This document shows, in pieces, positions 51,484-62,026 of a DNA stretch of 64,000 nt (positions are counted from its first letter, which is position 1; every line of letters starts with the position of its first letter). Origin of the DNA: Toensbergia leucococca (lineage: Eukaryota); NCBI GenBank assembly GCA_022813965.1, contig JALDZS010000024.1:62001-126000 (forward strand). The letters are read 5' to 3'. The notes under the pieces were generated by a model. It ran no database searches. It was given only the letters and a program-made list of their open reading frames with translations, and was not told the DNA's origin. Both the position numbers and the translations under genes were made by a program.

Positions 51484-52540
51484 ATGTTTCTCTCTCACTC
51501 TGTCCTTCTTAGTCTTCTCATCACTCTTACGCATGGCACCCATACCCCTTCATCACAGCTATCCCCACGTTACACCTTTACTCACAATACGATTTTGAAC
51601 ATTCATTGCAGTGATTTCTTCGGCCACCCCTCCAATAGGGACTGTGAAAACATACTGGCAAATCAGATCTTGGATGAATTAGGCACCAGTGAACAGCCTC
51701 TCGATGATTTATACCGCTTGGAAGCAGAGTTTTTTGAGTTTGTTGGTGTTGGCGCACAACCACACTTTGGACATGTCACGGGTAAATATTATACCCCTAT
51801 CTACTACGCTCAAGGTCAGTTGACTTCTCTCCTTCTGCTCTCATGTTCGCCATCAAGCTAGAATGAGACCCTGAGGTGACTAGGTAACTGCAAGGCTGCT
51901 ATCTTTATCGATAGAAATAAAGGTCCAACCGACGTGGACAGTTGGTTTAACATCCACGATGCATTAAGATTTACAACTATGCAATGTGTCACACTTGAAA
52001 ACATGGGAGGATACACGGATAATGTTGGTAAGTGTCTTGCGAGCTTCAAAATCAATCGCTTGTCTGATTGAATTGCCGTGGTCCACAGGAATCGAAACCA
52101 AGAGCCTGATCCTGTACCTCTTCGCGGAAGACTCTGACTTTGACAAGATTCTGAACATCAAGCTTCGTTGTCCTGCCTGTGATAGTCAACAGTGCCCCGC
52201 CAAGATCGGCAACAATTCGCCATGCTCCAACAACCCAAATGTATCTGAGAACCCCGAACCGATCATTGATCCGACAGATTTAAGCACTATACCACAGAGT
52301 GGGTATCAACAATTCAATCCCAATGGCAATGAAGAACAGGTTTGCAACGTGGCGTGCAAATCTGACAATGATTGTATGTGCAGTGATTATCAATGCATCA
52401 TGGACACGACGGTCATTGGGCGCTTGCGAAAAGTCACAAAGGAGTGCGTTTTTGTGGTGCTAGCTGCTGGTGCTGCTTCGATTGTGAACGGCGGAAAAGG
52501 CGCGAGAGACATCGGAAGAGTGGAATTACTTGAGGAGTAG
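51484..52540 (+). CDS. Secreted cysteine-rich protein of unknown function (candidate effector)
   Basis: Signal peptide MFLSHSVLLSLLITLTHG. Introns ~51815-51883 and ~52029-52088 join the ORFs in frame through an exon GNCKAAIFID...DVDSWFNI...QCV...GGY. About 14 Cys. Confidence 0.75.
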
Positions 52541-53589
52541 TTCGTTGCATGTGTTTATCGAAATCGAAAAGCCCCAAAGTAACCTAATTACACTCCTGTA
52601 ATGCAAGGATTTAGAAAAAGGGAGAATTGCCATTTCTATATTTAGTCCAGTTGTTTATCTCTAAGACTGTAAGTCCGAGTCTTGATATTAAAACTGCTTT
52701 CATGGACCGAAGTACATGGCGTATTTGTTTCCTGTAGTTGTTTCAATCTGTCGGCACTTAACGGTACAACCCATATATTTCTCAATCATCAAGACCTCGA
52801 TTTCCGAGCTCTTTCGAATTCCACATCTAGAAGCCCCTTTCCCCGAAGTCTCGCTTGAAGCCCAGGAAGAGCTTACTTGCCTCGCTTGCTCTCTCATGTT
52901 CACTTGCCCAAACACTAAAAGAATCGAACAACTTTTCATGGCTTCACCTTCTTTCGCGCTGAGCACATGTCCACCAAGTCGGCTGCAACATCAACAGAAA
53001 GCTGTGATACAAACTTCACAACGACTCTTCGAACACTACAAGTTGCAGAATCCGAACTAGATTTGCTGACTGATCACGTGCAGTACGTGCCCGATTTTGG
53101 AGGGTATTCTTGAATAGGGGCTCAGGGATGTTGTTTTGATGGGGACGTACGAATGGATGGGTCGGAGGGAGATAAACAGTGTTGCATGGATTGGAGAGGA
53201 CACAGGCCCATTCCTTTTCAGGTGACTACGAGTAGTAAAGTCGAACTACTCGTACCATGTATGCCAGAAAAAGTCATCATGCCTCTATCGTAACACCTAG
53301 TGCGACATATCACTTGATGATTCCGCTGACTCTTAAAGGGGCTTGTGGGCCACGCTCGCTCGGCCTTTTGGCTACTTATTGGGCTTCTCTTTTGTAGTGG
53401 GAAGGTGGGAATCGATTCGCCATTGTTTGGTGAAGCTTTGGTGTTGTGGTGTGACACTTTTGACTACTCGTACCTTGCTAAAGAGTAGCACTGGGCACTT
53501 TTGTTCTACTTCGTCTTTTGAGTTTTGGATGGATTGTTCACTTGATCAGGTAGCCACAATCTGGCTCCTGGTGTACAGTTGAGAAAATT

Positions 53590-53598
53590 CAGCGTGTC
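53590..53598 (+). promoter_or_regulatory. UPRE-like element upstream of derlin
   Basis: CAGCGTGTC, the same as the core of the S. cerevisiae KAR2 UPRE, ~160 bp upstream of the ATG of an ERAD gene. Confidence 0.45.
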
Positions 53599-53757
53599 AA
53601 AAAGTAGGCGAGGGAGGGTAAATTCATCCCTGCTTGCCCTACGCTATTACTAAAGCATTTCGTCAGCCCTGCAGCCTCGATGAAATGACAGGAAACACGA
53701 GACAACAGTTTTCTTTCTTCACCTCTGCAAATTTTTACAGATCCGCTCGATTTCGGG

Positions 53758-55066
53758 ATGGACGTGTTCTGGCAAGCTCCTCCTGTTTCAAGGTAGGTTC
53801 GTGTTTTTTTCCCTTCTAAAATGTTTGTGTCTCTGAGGCTGATTTGGTAGGACATTGACAGCAGCTACATTTGTAACTTCGCTTCTGGTCTATGGCAACA
53901 TACTCTCAGGTCGTCGAGTCATTTTCCAGCTGCCGTGGATTTTCAAACTCCCGCCTGAGATATGGCGCATTATCACTGCTTTCTGGGTGACCGGCCCCGG
54001 ACTCAGCATTATCTTTGATACTTACTTCCGTAAGCACTGAATATCTATTCGATGGTATATCTTTGCTTACATTCCTCTAGTGTACACATATGGAAGCTCC
54101 CTAGAATCAGAGTCTTCACGTTTCACTCAACCTGGAGACTTTTTCATATACGTTATCTTTCTGGGCCTTTTCATATTGGTACGTGAGAGCACCTCGCTAA
54201 ATCTTATCTTCATATACCTTGATATGTATCATTTGTATTTTGTTTGTCTTGGCTTGCAAATTTACTGGACACCTCGCAAATCTGCCCGCCCAGCCAATAA
54301 CTAGCTGAAGCGGTTCCTGGAGTTGAGGAAGATTACCCTTGCATTGCGCGTAGATCCGTCATTCGCAATCAATCCAAAGGATCTACGCGGGGCGTGAGCA
54401 TGGTGGGAACGTCATTGAGAAAGCCCGCGTGATCTTCGGACATTTACGTTTGGTGGTTTTGGCTCCCTACATCCCTTTCACTGCTGTCTTATTTCTGCTT
54501 TCAACTAGAGTCCAATGTGATATCCTCGGGTGTTCGTGGCTGATGTTTCCTGAAGATTACAGCGGGTGGTATACTTGGAGCCGTAGTATTTACATCAGGT
54601 AGGATTTGGACACTTTGAGTTTTGACGAGATATTAATGATTATCTAGCCCTTACGCTCGGCCTAGCCTACACATACTCTCAGGACAACAAGGGGAAGAAA
54701 GTCTCTTTCTTTATCATAACTTTCGACGTGATATGGCTGCCGTGGTCTATGCTCCTGATTACCTTTATCTTGCACGGTCCACAATCAACCATGATCCAGG
54801 GAACGGGGCTTTTGGCAGCGCATATGTATGACTTCCTGACACGTCTATATCCAACTTTTGGTGGCGGGAAAAACTACATATACACGCCGGCGTTCATTAA
54901 AAGATGCTTTGGGGCAGATCGACGGGGAATTTCTGCAAGAGGATATGGGACTGCCTATAGACCTGCGACTCAGCAGACTAGTCGGAGTACGTCAAGTGGA
55001 TTTGCCAGTGGCTTTTCTAGCGTATGGGGTGGGAGAGGTCAGGGTCGGCGGCTGGGAGGCGATTGA
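53758..55066 (+). CDS. Derlin (Der1/Dfm1-family ERAD protein)
   Basis: Spliced product MDVFWQAPPVSRTLTAATF...PEIWRIITAF...YTYGSSLES...PGDF...AYTYSQDN...LPWSML...GLLAAHMYDFLTRLYP, ending in an SHP box WGGRGQGRRLGGD. Four introns, one of 377 nt. Confidence 0.93.
54268..54445 (+). ncRNA. Candidate intronic box H/ACA-like structured RNA
   Basis: Inside the 377-nt derlin intron: a hairpin with an internal pocket (CCTC/GAGG, CCGC/GCGG, CAGC/GCTG), an H box AGATTA at 54330-54335, a perfect 11-bp stem 54347-54357/54379-54389, and ACA+TTT at 54440-54445. Confidence 0.55.
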
Positions 55067-55374
55067 ATTTTGAATGAGATTTGACGCGCAAATGAAAACA
55101 TTAACTAGGGCATGAAATGTAGGTTAGATCAATCTGTACCAGATGATTACAGTCTTCATGATGCTCAAAACAACAAGTACTCTGGATCTTAGAGAATACC
55201 TTACTCAATGATAAATGTCCAAATGCAGGCTAGTCACATAAATCTCGCTAGCCCCACACGAAAATTCCAGGTGCAAGCTTGACGGAAAAATGAGCTTGGG
55301 CGACACTTCCAAGATTGGGGCACACTGAACACGACGCCAACTTCCCATTGTGTCTACCTAAAGTGGTAGTCGCT

Positions 55375-57017
55375 ATGGCTATGGACCTCACAGTCGAAGA
55401 GACAGAATATAGCATCAAGCCACAAGCTACAACTCCTGCTCTCGACACAAGCACCTGGCCGCTGCTACTAAAAGGCTATGACAAATGTCTGCAATCTCCT
55501 ATTTTCCATGAAAGTTTGAAACTAACAAATCAAAGTACTTGTTCGCACTGGACATTTCACTCCGATTCCAGTTGGCTGTACACCGTTGAAACGCGATCTT
55601 AAATCCTATATTAGCTCTGGTGTGATAAATCTTGACAAACCCTCCAATCCTTCAAGTCATGAAGTTGTAGCATGGGTCAAGCGAATGCTAAGGTGTGTTA
55701 CGCGGCAAGCAGAACGATCAATGATATTCTATACTGATGAGGAATAGGATTGAGAAGACAGGCCATAGTGGAACCCTCGATCCTAAGGTCACTGGCTGTC
55801 TTATTGTCTGTCTGGATCGCGCTACTCGTCTCGTCAAGTCTCAGCAAGGCGCCGGAAAGGAATACGTTTGCGTAATTCGGTTACATGACAAGCTACCAGG
55901 CGGTGAGGCGCAACTTTCACGAGCACTTGAGACTCTCACTGGAGCTTTGTTCCAACGGCCTCCACTTATATCCGCTGTAAAAAGACAATTGCGCATTCGG
56001 ACGATCCATGAAAGCAAATTATATGAATTTGACAATGATAGACATCTTGGTGTCTTCTGGGTTAGCTGTGAAGCGGGAACGTATATCAGAACATTATGTG
56101 TGCACCTGGGTCTTCTGCTAGGAGTAGGAGCGCACATGCAAGAGCTCCGGAGAGTGAGAAGCGGGGCCATGGATGAGCAGGACGGCTTAGTGACGCTACA
56201 TGATGTCCTTGACGCGAAATGGATGGAGGATAATACGAGAGACGAGTCATATTTACGAAAAGTTATCCGGCCTTTGGAAAGTCTCCTTACAACATACAAA
56301 CGAATTGTGGTCAAGGACAGTGCTGTCAACGCAGTGTGCTATGGAGCGAAGCTGATGATCCCCGGGCTGCTTCGATACGGTAATGTCTTCTTAGGAATAT
56401 AATCGAGATGACATACTAATTTCTGTATAGAGGCTGGTATTGAGGTCCATGAAGAAGTTGTCCTGATGACCACCAAGGGTGAAGCGATTGCACTAGGAAT
56501 AGCGCAGATGTCGACTGTCGAGCTGTCGTCATGTGATCACGGGGTGGTTGCAAAAGTAAAGCGATGCATTATGGAACGTGATCTTTATCCAAGACGATGG
56601 GGATTAGGACCTGTGGCATTGGAAAAGAAGAAAATGAAAACGGACGGCAAACTTGACAAGTACGGTAGACCCAACGAAGCGACACCGGCCAAATGGCAGA
56701 AAGACTACAAGGACTTTAATGCTCCTCTCACTGGGACTGCCGCAGCACCTTCCAAGCCGGAGAAGAAGTTGTCGGAAGACCCAACGAAAGCAGCAGCCAC
56801 AGTGAGTTCTAACGGGATAGAGGCCGTGGCACAGGCAGAAACCATGGCTATAGAAACACCTCAGCAAGCCGATGAGAATGGAGACTCGAAAAAGCGAAAA
56901 AGGCATGACGGGGAGACGGCCGAGGAAAAGGCGGAGCGCAAACGGAAGAAGAAAGAAAAAAAAGAGAAGAAGGAAAAGAGGAAGTCCCACAAAGGGGATT
57001 CTGAGGAAAGCGAATAG
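55375..57017 (+). CDS. CBF5: H/ACA snoRNP pseudouridine synthase Cbf5/dyskerin
   Basis: [24 protein letters not shown] (catalytic Asp), [14 protein letters not shown] domain and KKE-rich tail; three introns. Confidence 0.98.
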
Positions 57018-57485
57018 AGGCTTGTGGGTGTTTTATTGTAAATATTGGCGCTTTGAGGGCATGGCTAGTTACATATCAGGCTTTGTCACTCGGAAAGGTG
57101 TACTCTAGGCTAGCTAGGGATACGGAGCTTAGGCGCTCTCACAGATATCAATGTTCCAAAGAGAACCAGTCGCCTGATCTCAATTAAGCTCAGTTGTGAA
57201 CGCTGAGATGTTTGAGTTGGGCAGGAGAGAAGGGGGGAGGGGTCATTTGTCCACCCCCTGGACCACTCTCCCACTCAGCCACTGTACGGAGGATTAGCCG
57301 AGACAGAGTAGGATGGAGGGACCCCGCAGCAAAAGGTCATACGATATCAAAAAAGGAAAAAGGCAGCCAAAATGTTGAGAATGCTCCAGCATAACTCATA
57401 AAGACCTGCTTCTTCGGACATTTTTGATTTGCAGCTCAGTTTGTGATTTACTACCTTCCTCGATCCGCCATAGTTTGACCACGAT

Positions 57486-58863
57486 ATGGCTGAGTTCACT
57501 ACCACTAAACTCAACGCTGAGAGCCATCTGCTGCTTGTAAGCCCATCTGCTCAACCATGACATGTGAACCATTTTAATTTCAGAGCAAAATGTTCAGGAT
57601 CAGCCGCTCCTCCGTCTTCCGCATGAGCTTGCGCGCAAGAATTTCAAAACAGTCCAGAAGCACTTTGAACGAGAACGAGATGTCGTCTTGTCTTCCCTCA
57701 AATCTACCGCCAATGCCTCTCTCGCGGGCCAGGACTCTTCCCAGACCCTGAACTCTCTCGATGGTATGATTAATCGCATGCAGGGTCTGAAGCGGAAGAT
57801 GGAGAGCCTACACGACGAAGAAAAAGTATTACATCAGCACTCGAGAAAGCGGATACAGCACTTGCAAGATCTGTACGACATTCCGAGCCTTGCAGATGTC
57901 AAGTATGATGAGTGGTCGAGGATCAGACTCAACAGGTTGCTCGTGGACTACCTGCTGAGAAGCGGGTATGGGGAAAGTGCAAGGGCGTTGGCGAAAGAGA
58001 AGGGGATTGAAGAGTTGGTGGACTTAGATGTCTTCGTTCAGTGTCACAAGATCGAGGAGAGCCTGAGGAGGAGGAATACTCAGGAGTGCCTGGCTTGGTG
58101 TTCGGAGCATCGACCGATGATGAGGAAGATCAGCGTACAATCATCCCCAGCATGCTATCTGTTACCGCATCAGAATGCTTACACGAAGGCGTGCAGAACA
58201 ATCTTGAATTCGAGCTTCGCCTACAGCAGTACATCGAGCTTCGTCGGAATGGACGGCTTCTAGATGCAAGGCAACATGCACAGAAATACATAGCTCCACA
58301 TACAGACACACATCTCTCAGAAATTCATCGAGCCGCGGGTCTGCTTGCATATCCACCCAATACACAAGCAGAACCCTATAAAGTACAAACACCTCTTCCA
58401 GGCACATGAGAACGACTGAGCTCATCTCTTGTAGACTATGTACTCGCAATCTCGATGGGATTTTCTAGCCACCTTATTCGTCAAGACCCACAACGAGCTA
58501 TTTTCGCTCCCCGCTCGCCCACTCCTCCACATCGCCCTTTCCGCCGGCCTTTCCGCCCTGAAAACGCCCGCCTGCCATTCCAAGTTCGCTAGTAGCAGCT
58601 CTAACGCAAGCTCATCAACCACCTCGGTCTGTCCAATATGCTCAACTGAGCTGAAAGACCTTGCTCGAAATCTCCCATACGCCCATCACACGAAAAGCAA
58701 CGTCGAGAGCGATCCGATCGTATTACCGAATGGTAGGGTATATGGCCGAGAACGAGTACTCCAAGTGAGCGCAAAGGCCGGTCTCGACGACGGACGGGTG
58801 AAAGACCCAACAACAGGCGATATTTTCGAGGCCTCCAAGATCCGAAAGGTGTACATCTCATGA
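57486..58863 (+). CDS. FYV10: GID/CTLH complex subunit Fyv10/Gid9 (MAEA)
   Basis: LLLDQPLLRLPHEL, LisH RLLVDYLLRSGY, CTLH CLAWCSEH, LEFELRLQQYIEL, AGLSALKTPAC and a degenerate RING CPICS; three introns. Confidence 0.95.
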
Positions 58864-58960
58864 TTGTCTAGCGAGTACCATTCCTCTTGCGCATTAGCCT
58901 AGCATAGCGACGGCGTTCGGGTTTGAATAAGCCAGGACACAAACTTATCAATATCCTCCT

Positions 58961-59965
58961 TCAATCCTCCTCATCATCATCGCTCCCACTCCTCTTCCTC
59001 TTACCCTTCCTCCCCAAGTTCTCCTCGATCCCATTGACCTCCAAAATATAACTCCTCGCACTTCTTTCCTCACCCTTCCACCCCCCGCCACCCTCGATAT
59101 TACCCAACGTCCTCGCATGCTTATACCCAGGATACGCCTCACTCTGAAACCGAAAGCTCCGCCCCACTTTCAACCCAACATGTCTTGCTAAATCCCTTAC
59201 ATTCCACAATTCATACGGCTCGCCCTCGAAGACCGTCACGATAATCTGGCCCCCAGGCGCCAGCAGCGGCATGGCAGCCCGAAAGAACCCAACCAGAAGC
59301 TCTAAGAAACACTCAATCAACAACAACAACACATAGCATCAGTATCCCCCTCCCTTGACTTTTTTTTTCCCCTCCCCCAAAAATAATAATCAAAATAACC
59401 CATACCTTGATTAGACCGAACCTGCCGATTAACATCCGTACTCTTCCCCCCCACATGCGGGAAATTAAAAACCACCCGATCCCACCCCTCCTTCACCCGC
59501 ACCTCCTTCCCTCCTCCCCCCACCCGCCCCAACTTCGTCCCATCAACCCCACAGAGCACCTTGACCGCCTTCTCCTCCTCCTCCTCCTTCTTTGCTTCCA
59601 GTACCCGCAGGTAGGATTCGGCTTGCGGGTGTTTTTGGAGGAGGGTGGGGCGCGTGTCGATTGTTGTTGCCAGGAGGAAGGAGGGGGGGTGGTGGGTGTG
59701 GAGGGAGTGGGCGAAGGAGAAATCGCCTGTTTGGGTTTGGTTAGTGGGTTTGAGGGGGGTAAAGGGAGGGGTGGAGGGTTGATATACCTTCGCCGACGAG
59801 GAGGATGCGGTCGTGGGCCGTGAAGGGGATTGTGGGCGGGGCTGGGGTCGCTGCGGGGTGCTGTTTGGGGGGTAGTTTGGGCGCTGCTTTGAGGCGGGGT
59901 TTGGAGTGGCGCGTGGAGAGGGAGTGGGGTTTTGATTTTGGTCTGGGTTTTTTTGATTTGCCCAT
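58961..59965 (-). CDS. BMT5: 25S rRNA (uridine-N3)-methyltransferase Bmt5-like (DUF2431)
   Basis: MGKSKK...PTIPF...RILLVGEG|DFSFA...VDGTKL...DRVVFNFPHVGG...NQ|ELLVGFF...PYELWNV...YPGYKHART; two introns. Confidence 0.92.
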
Positions 59966-60043
59966 TCTTTTGGGTGGAAGGGGGGGAGGTTGAGGCTTGG
60001 TTGTGTGACAAATGGTGGATGGGGAGTCGATGACCAACCAATG

Positions 60044-61221
60044 CCCCAATCCTAAGGAAAGTCACAGTCACAGTTTTGGTACTAACCCATTCAGGAGATA
60101 ACAACGAACTAAAGCAGAAATGTATGTAAGTTACACTCAATATTACTTCAATGCTGATGTTACTAGGAAATGTCATTATTCTGCACCACATCTTGCCTCA
60201 ATTCCCTGCCACCTTTGCATGCCTTATATCTCATGATTCCTCATGTCATCTACCACCTTCACTGCAGTAGGGAATCATCCTGATATTGTATCACATTTTC
60301 ACCTAAGTATTCACCCCGGGCGCAATTCATCATGAATTTCAGTCTACCCCCACCTCATGAGATAGATCCTCTACTATTGATTCAGGATCTCGCTGTTGCT
60401 CACCCTCATAACTGTCCTACAGGAGCTCTCAATTGACCTCAGGGTGAGAGACAACAACAGACATTTGATATAGGTACACAGAGAGAATTGTCTTAATTTG
60501 AGAGGGTAGATCAGGCGGCGGCCTTGCGTGAAAGAGGACCCCGGGGTCAGGGGGGTGAAGGGAGACCTAGAGGGGGAAGGTGAGGGGCAGGTGCAGGGTG
60601 AGAGAGAGGTGCAGAAGTGAATGTGAACGTCATCATGCCTGTGAATAACAGAGTATTTCATGATTTTGAAAGGAGATAGATAGCTGGCAAAATCATGATG
60701 TTTTTGCCTCAGAGGGGGGAGGTGATCATGCGCCCGGGGGTGATGAGAATTAAGTCAGGATGTGGTACAAAAGCATGCTTTTTCTCCTGAGTAATTCAAC
60801 TTCTAGATGGCACACAAATGGAACAGGTAATTGGCTTGCAAAGTGATAGAGAATTGAGGTAAAATGTGGTGCAGGATGATAAGATTGCCCTCAACGATCT
60901 TGCGCCCGGGGCCTCACTAATGCCTAATCAGGTATGGGGGGGGTGGGGTGTTGATGTAGCAAAAAGGGGTGTCGCAATAGCAAGACCCTTGTCATATCTG
61001 CTTTAGATAGACAGGTAGGTAGACAGGTAGACAGATAGGTAGACAGATGGGTAGATAAGGTAGAAATCTAGGTGGTTGATAATTGAGTATGCGTTTGATG
61101 TAAAAGAGTTGTAAGATATGGTAACGTTGATAACATGAGGAATAAGCCTAGATTACATCCTAATTATTACCTGATTCAGTTAGTACCATGACTGTGACTG
61201 TGACTTTCCTTAGGATTGGGG
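60044..61221. mobile_element. Non-autonomous class II (TIR) transposon, MITE/foldback-like, 1,178 bp
   Basis: 58-bp terminal inverted repeats (60044-60101 and 61164-61221), with the outer 31 bp identical and 51/58 matching. Perfect 8-bp target-site duplication AACCAATG at 60036-60043 and 61222-61229. No transposase ORF. Confidence 0.92.
61005..61065. repeat. Compound tetranucleotide microsatellite (AGAC/AGGT/AGAT) inside the TIR element
   Basis: TAGATAGACAGGTAGGTAGACAGGTAGACAGATAGGTAGACAGATGGGTAGATAAGGTAGA. Confidence 0.75.
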
Positions 61222-61429
61222 AACCAATGCGCCTTTCAGTCCGGCGAGACGCTAAAATTTTCGCCGCCTTTTTTTTCATTTCCATCGCAAAAGAAGAGAA
61301 AATCTCCCTCCGCATCCATCCACAAGTCCTCCACGAAGAAATCTCAACTACACACGCGGGTATAAACACGTCTCCTCACGCCCAACCGAACCCATTCATC
61401 GCCATCCCCCCCCCCCCCCCCACCCCAAA

Positions 61430-62026
61430 ATGCCCCCGCCACACCCCCTCCTAATAGCCTCCCTCGGCAACCCACCCCCCTACACCCAAACCCTCCACTC
61501 AGCAGGACACCACCTCCTCCACTCCCTCCACAGCCTCCTCCTCCCCCACCAAGCCCCCTTCGCCCCCACCCGCAACGGCCTCCTCTCCCCCGGGCCCCAA
61601 TACACCCTCTCCCACACCCCAACGCTCATGAACATCTCCGGCCCCGCCGTCGCCGCCGCCTGGAAAAACTTTCTGCAATCCCTATCCGGCGAGGACGAGA
61701 GGCGCAACGCGCGGTTGGTGGTTCTGCACGATGAATTGGAGGCGGCGTGGGGCGTGGTGAAGGTGAGGGCTAGCGGGAAGAGCGCAAAGGGGCATAATGG
61801 GGTTAAGAGTTGTGTGGGGGCTTTGTCTGGATTTGGGGGGGCGGGAGGGGCACGATTTTGGAGGATTGGGGTCGGGATTGGGCGGCCGGAGAGTAGGGAG
61901 AGGGGGGATGTTAGTGCGTATGTGTTGCGGAAGATGAGTGTTTGGGAGAGGGAGAAGGTTGCTGGGGCGGCGGGGGAAGTGTTGGGGATTTTGGAGGGGC
62001 TGAGGCTGGGCGGTGAGGCTGGCTGA
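61430..62026 (+). CDS. PTH1: Peptidyl-tRNA hydrolase (bacterial-type Pth1)
   Basis: LIASLGNPPPY..TLHSAGH, LMNISG, LVVLHDELE, GHNGVKS, RIGVGIGRP and VSAYVL motifs. Confidence 0.94.
   Translation: MPPPHPLLIASLGNPPPYTQTLHSAGHHLLHSLHSLLLPHQAPFAPTRNGLLSPGPQYTLSHTPTLMNISGPAVAAAWKNFLQSLSGEDERRNARLVVLHDELEAAWGVVKVRASGKSAKGHNGVKSCVGALSGFGGAGGARFWRIGVGIGRPESRERGDVSAYVLRKMSVWEREKVAGAAGEVLGILEGLRLGGEAG

Noticed and set aside
54300..54445. TPP riboswitch as the identity of the derlin intron structure
   Set aside because: Lacks the conserved CUGAGA and GAUC...AUACC/GCG cores in the right arrangement, and the host gene is unrelated to thiamine.
59407..60191. Long Pro- or Gly-rich alternative-frame ORFs over BMT5 (also over PTH1 and SMP3)
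   Set aside because: Stop-poor frames arise from the extreme C/G skew; they overlap well-supported genes and carry no motifs.
60374..60661. 95-aa ORF inside the TIR element as a transposase remnant
   Set aside because: No DDE, HTH or zinc-finger motifs; low complexity.
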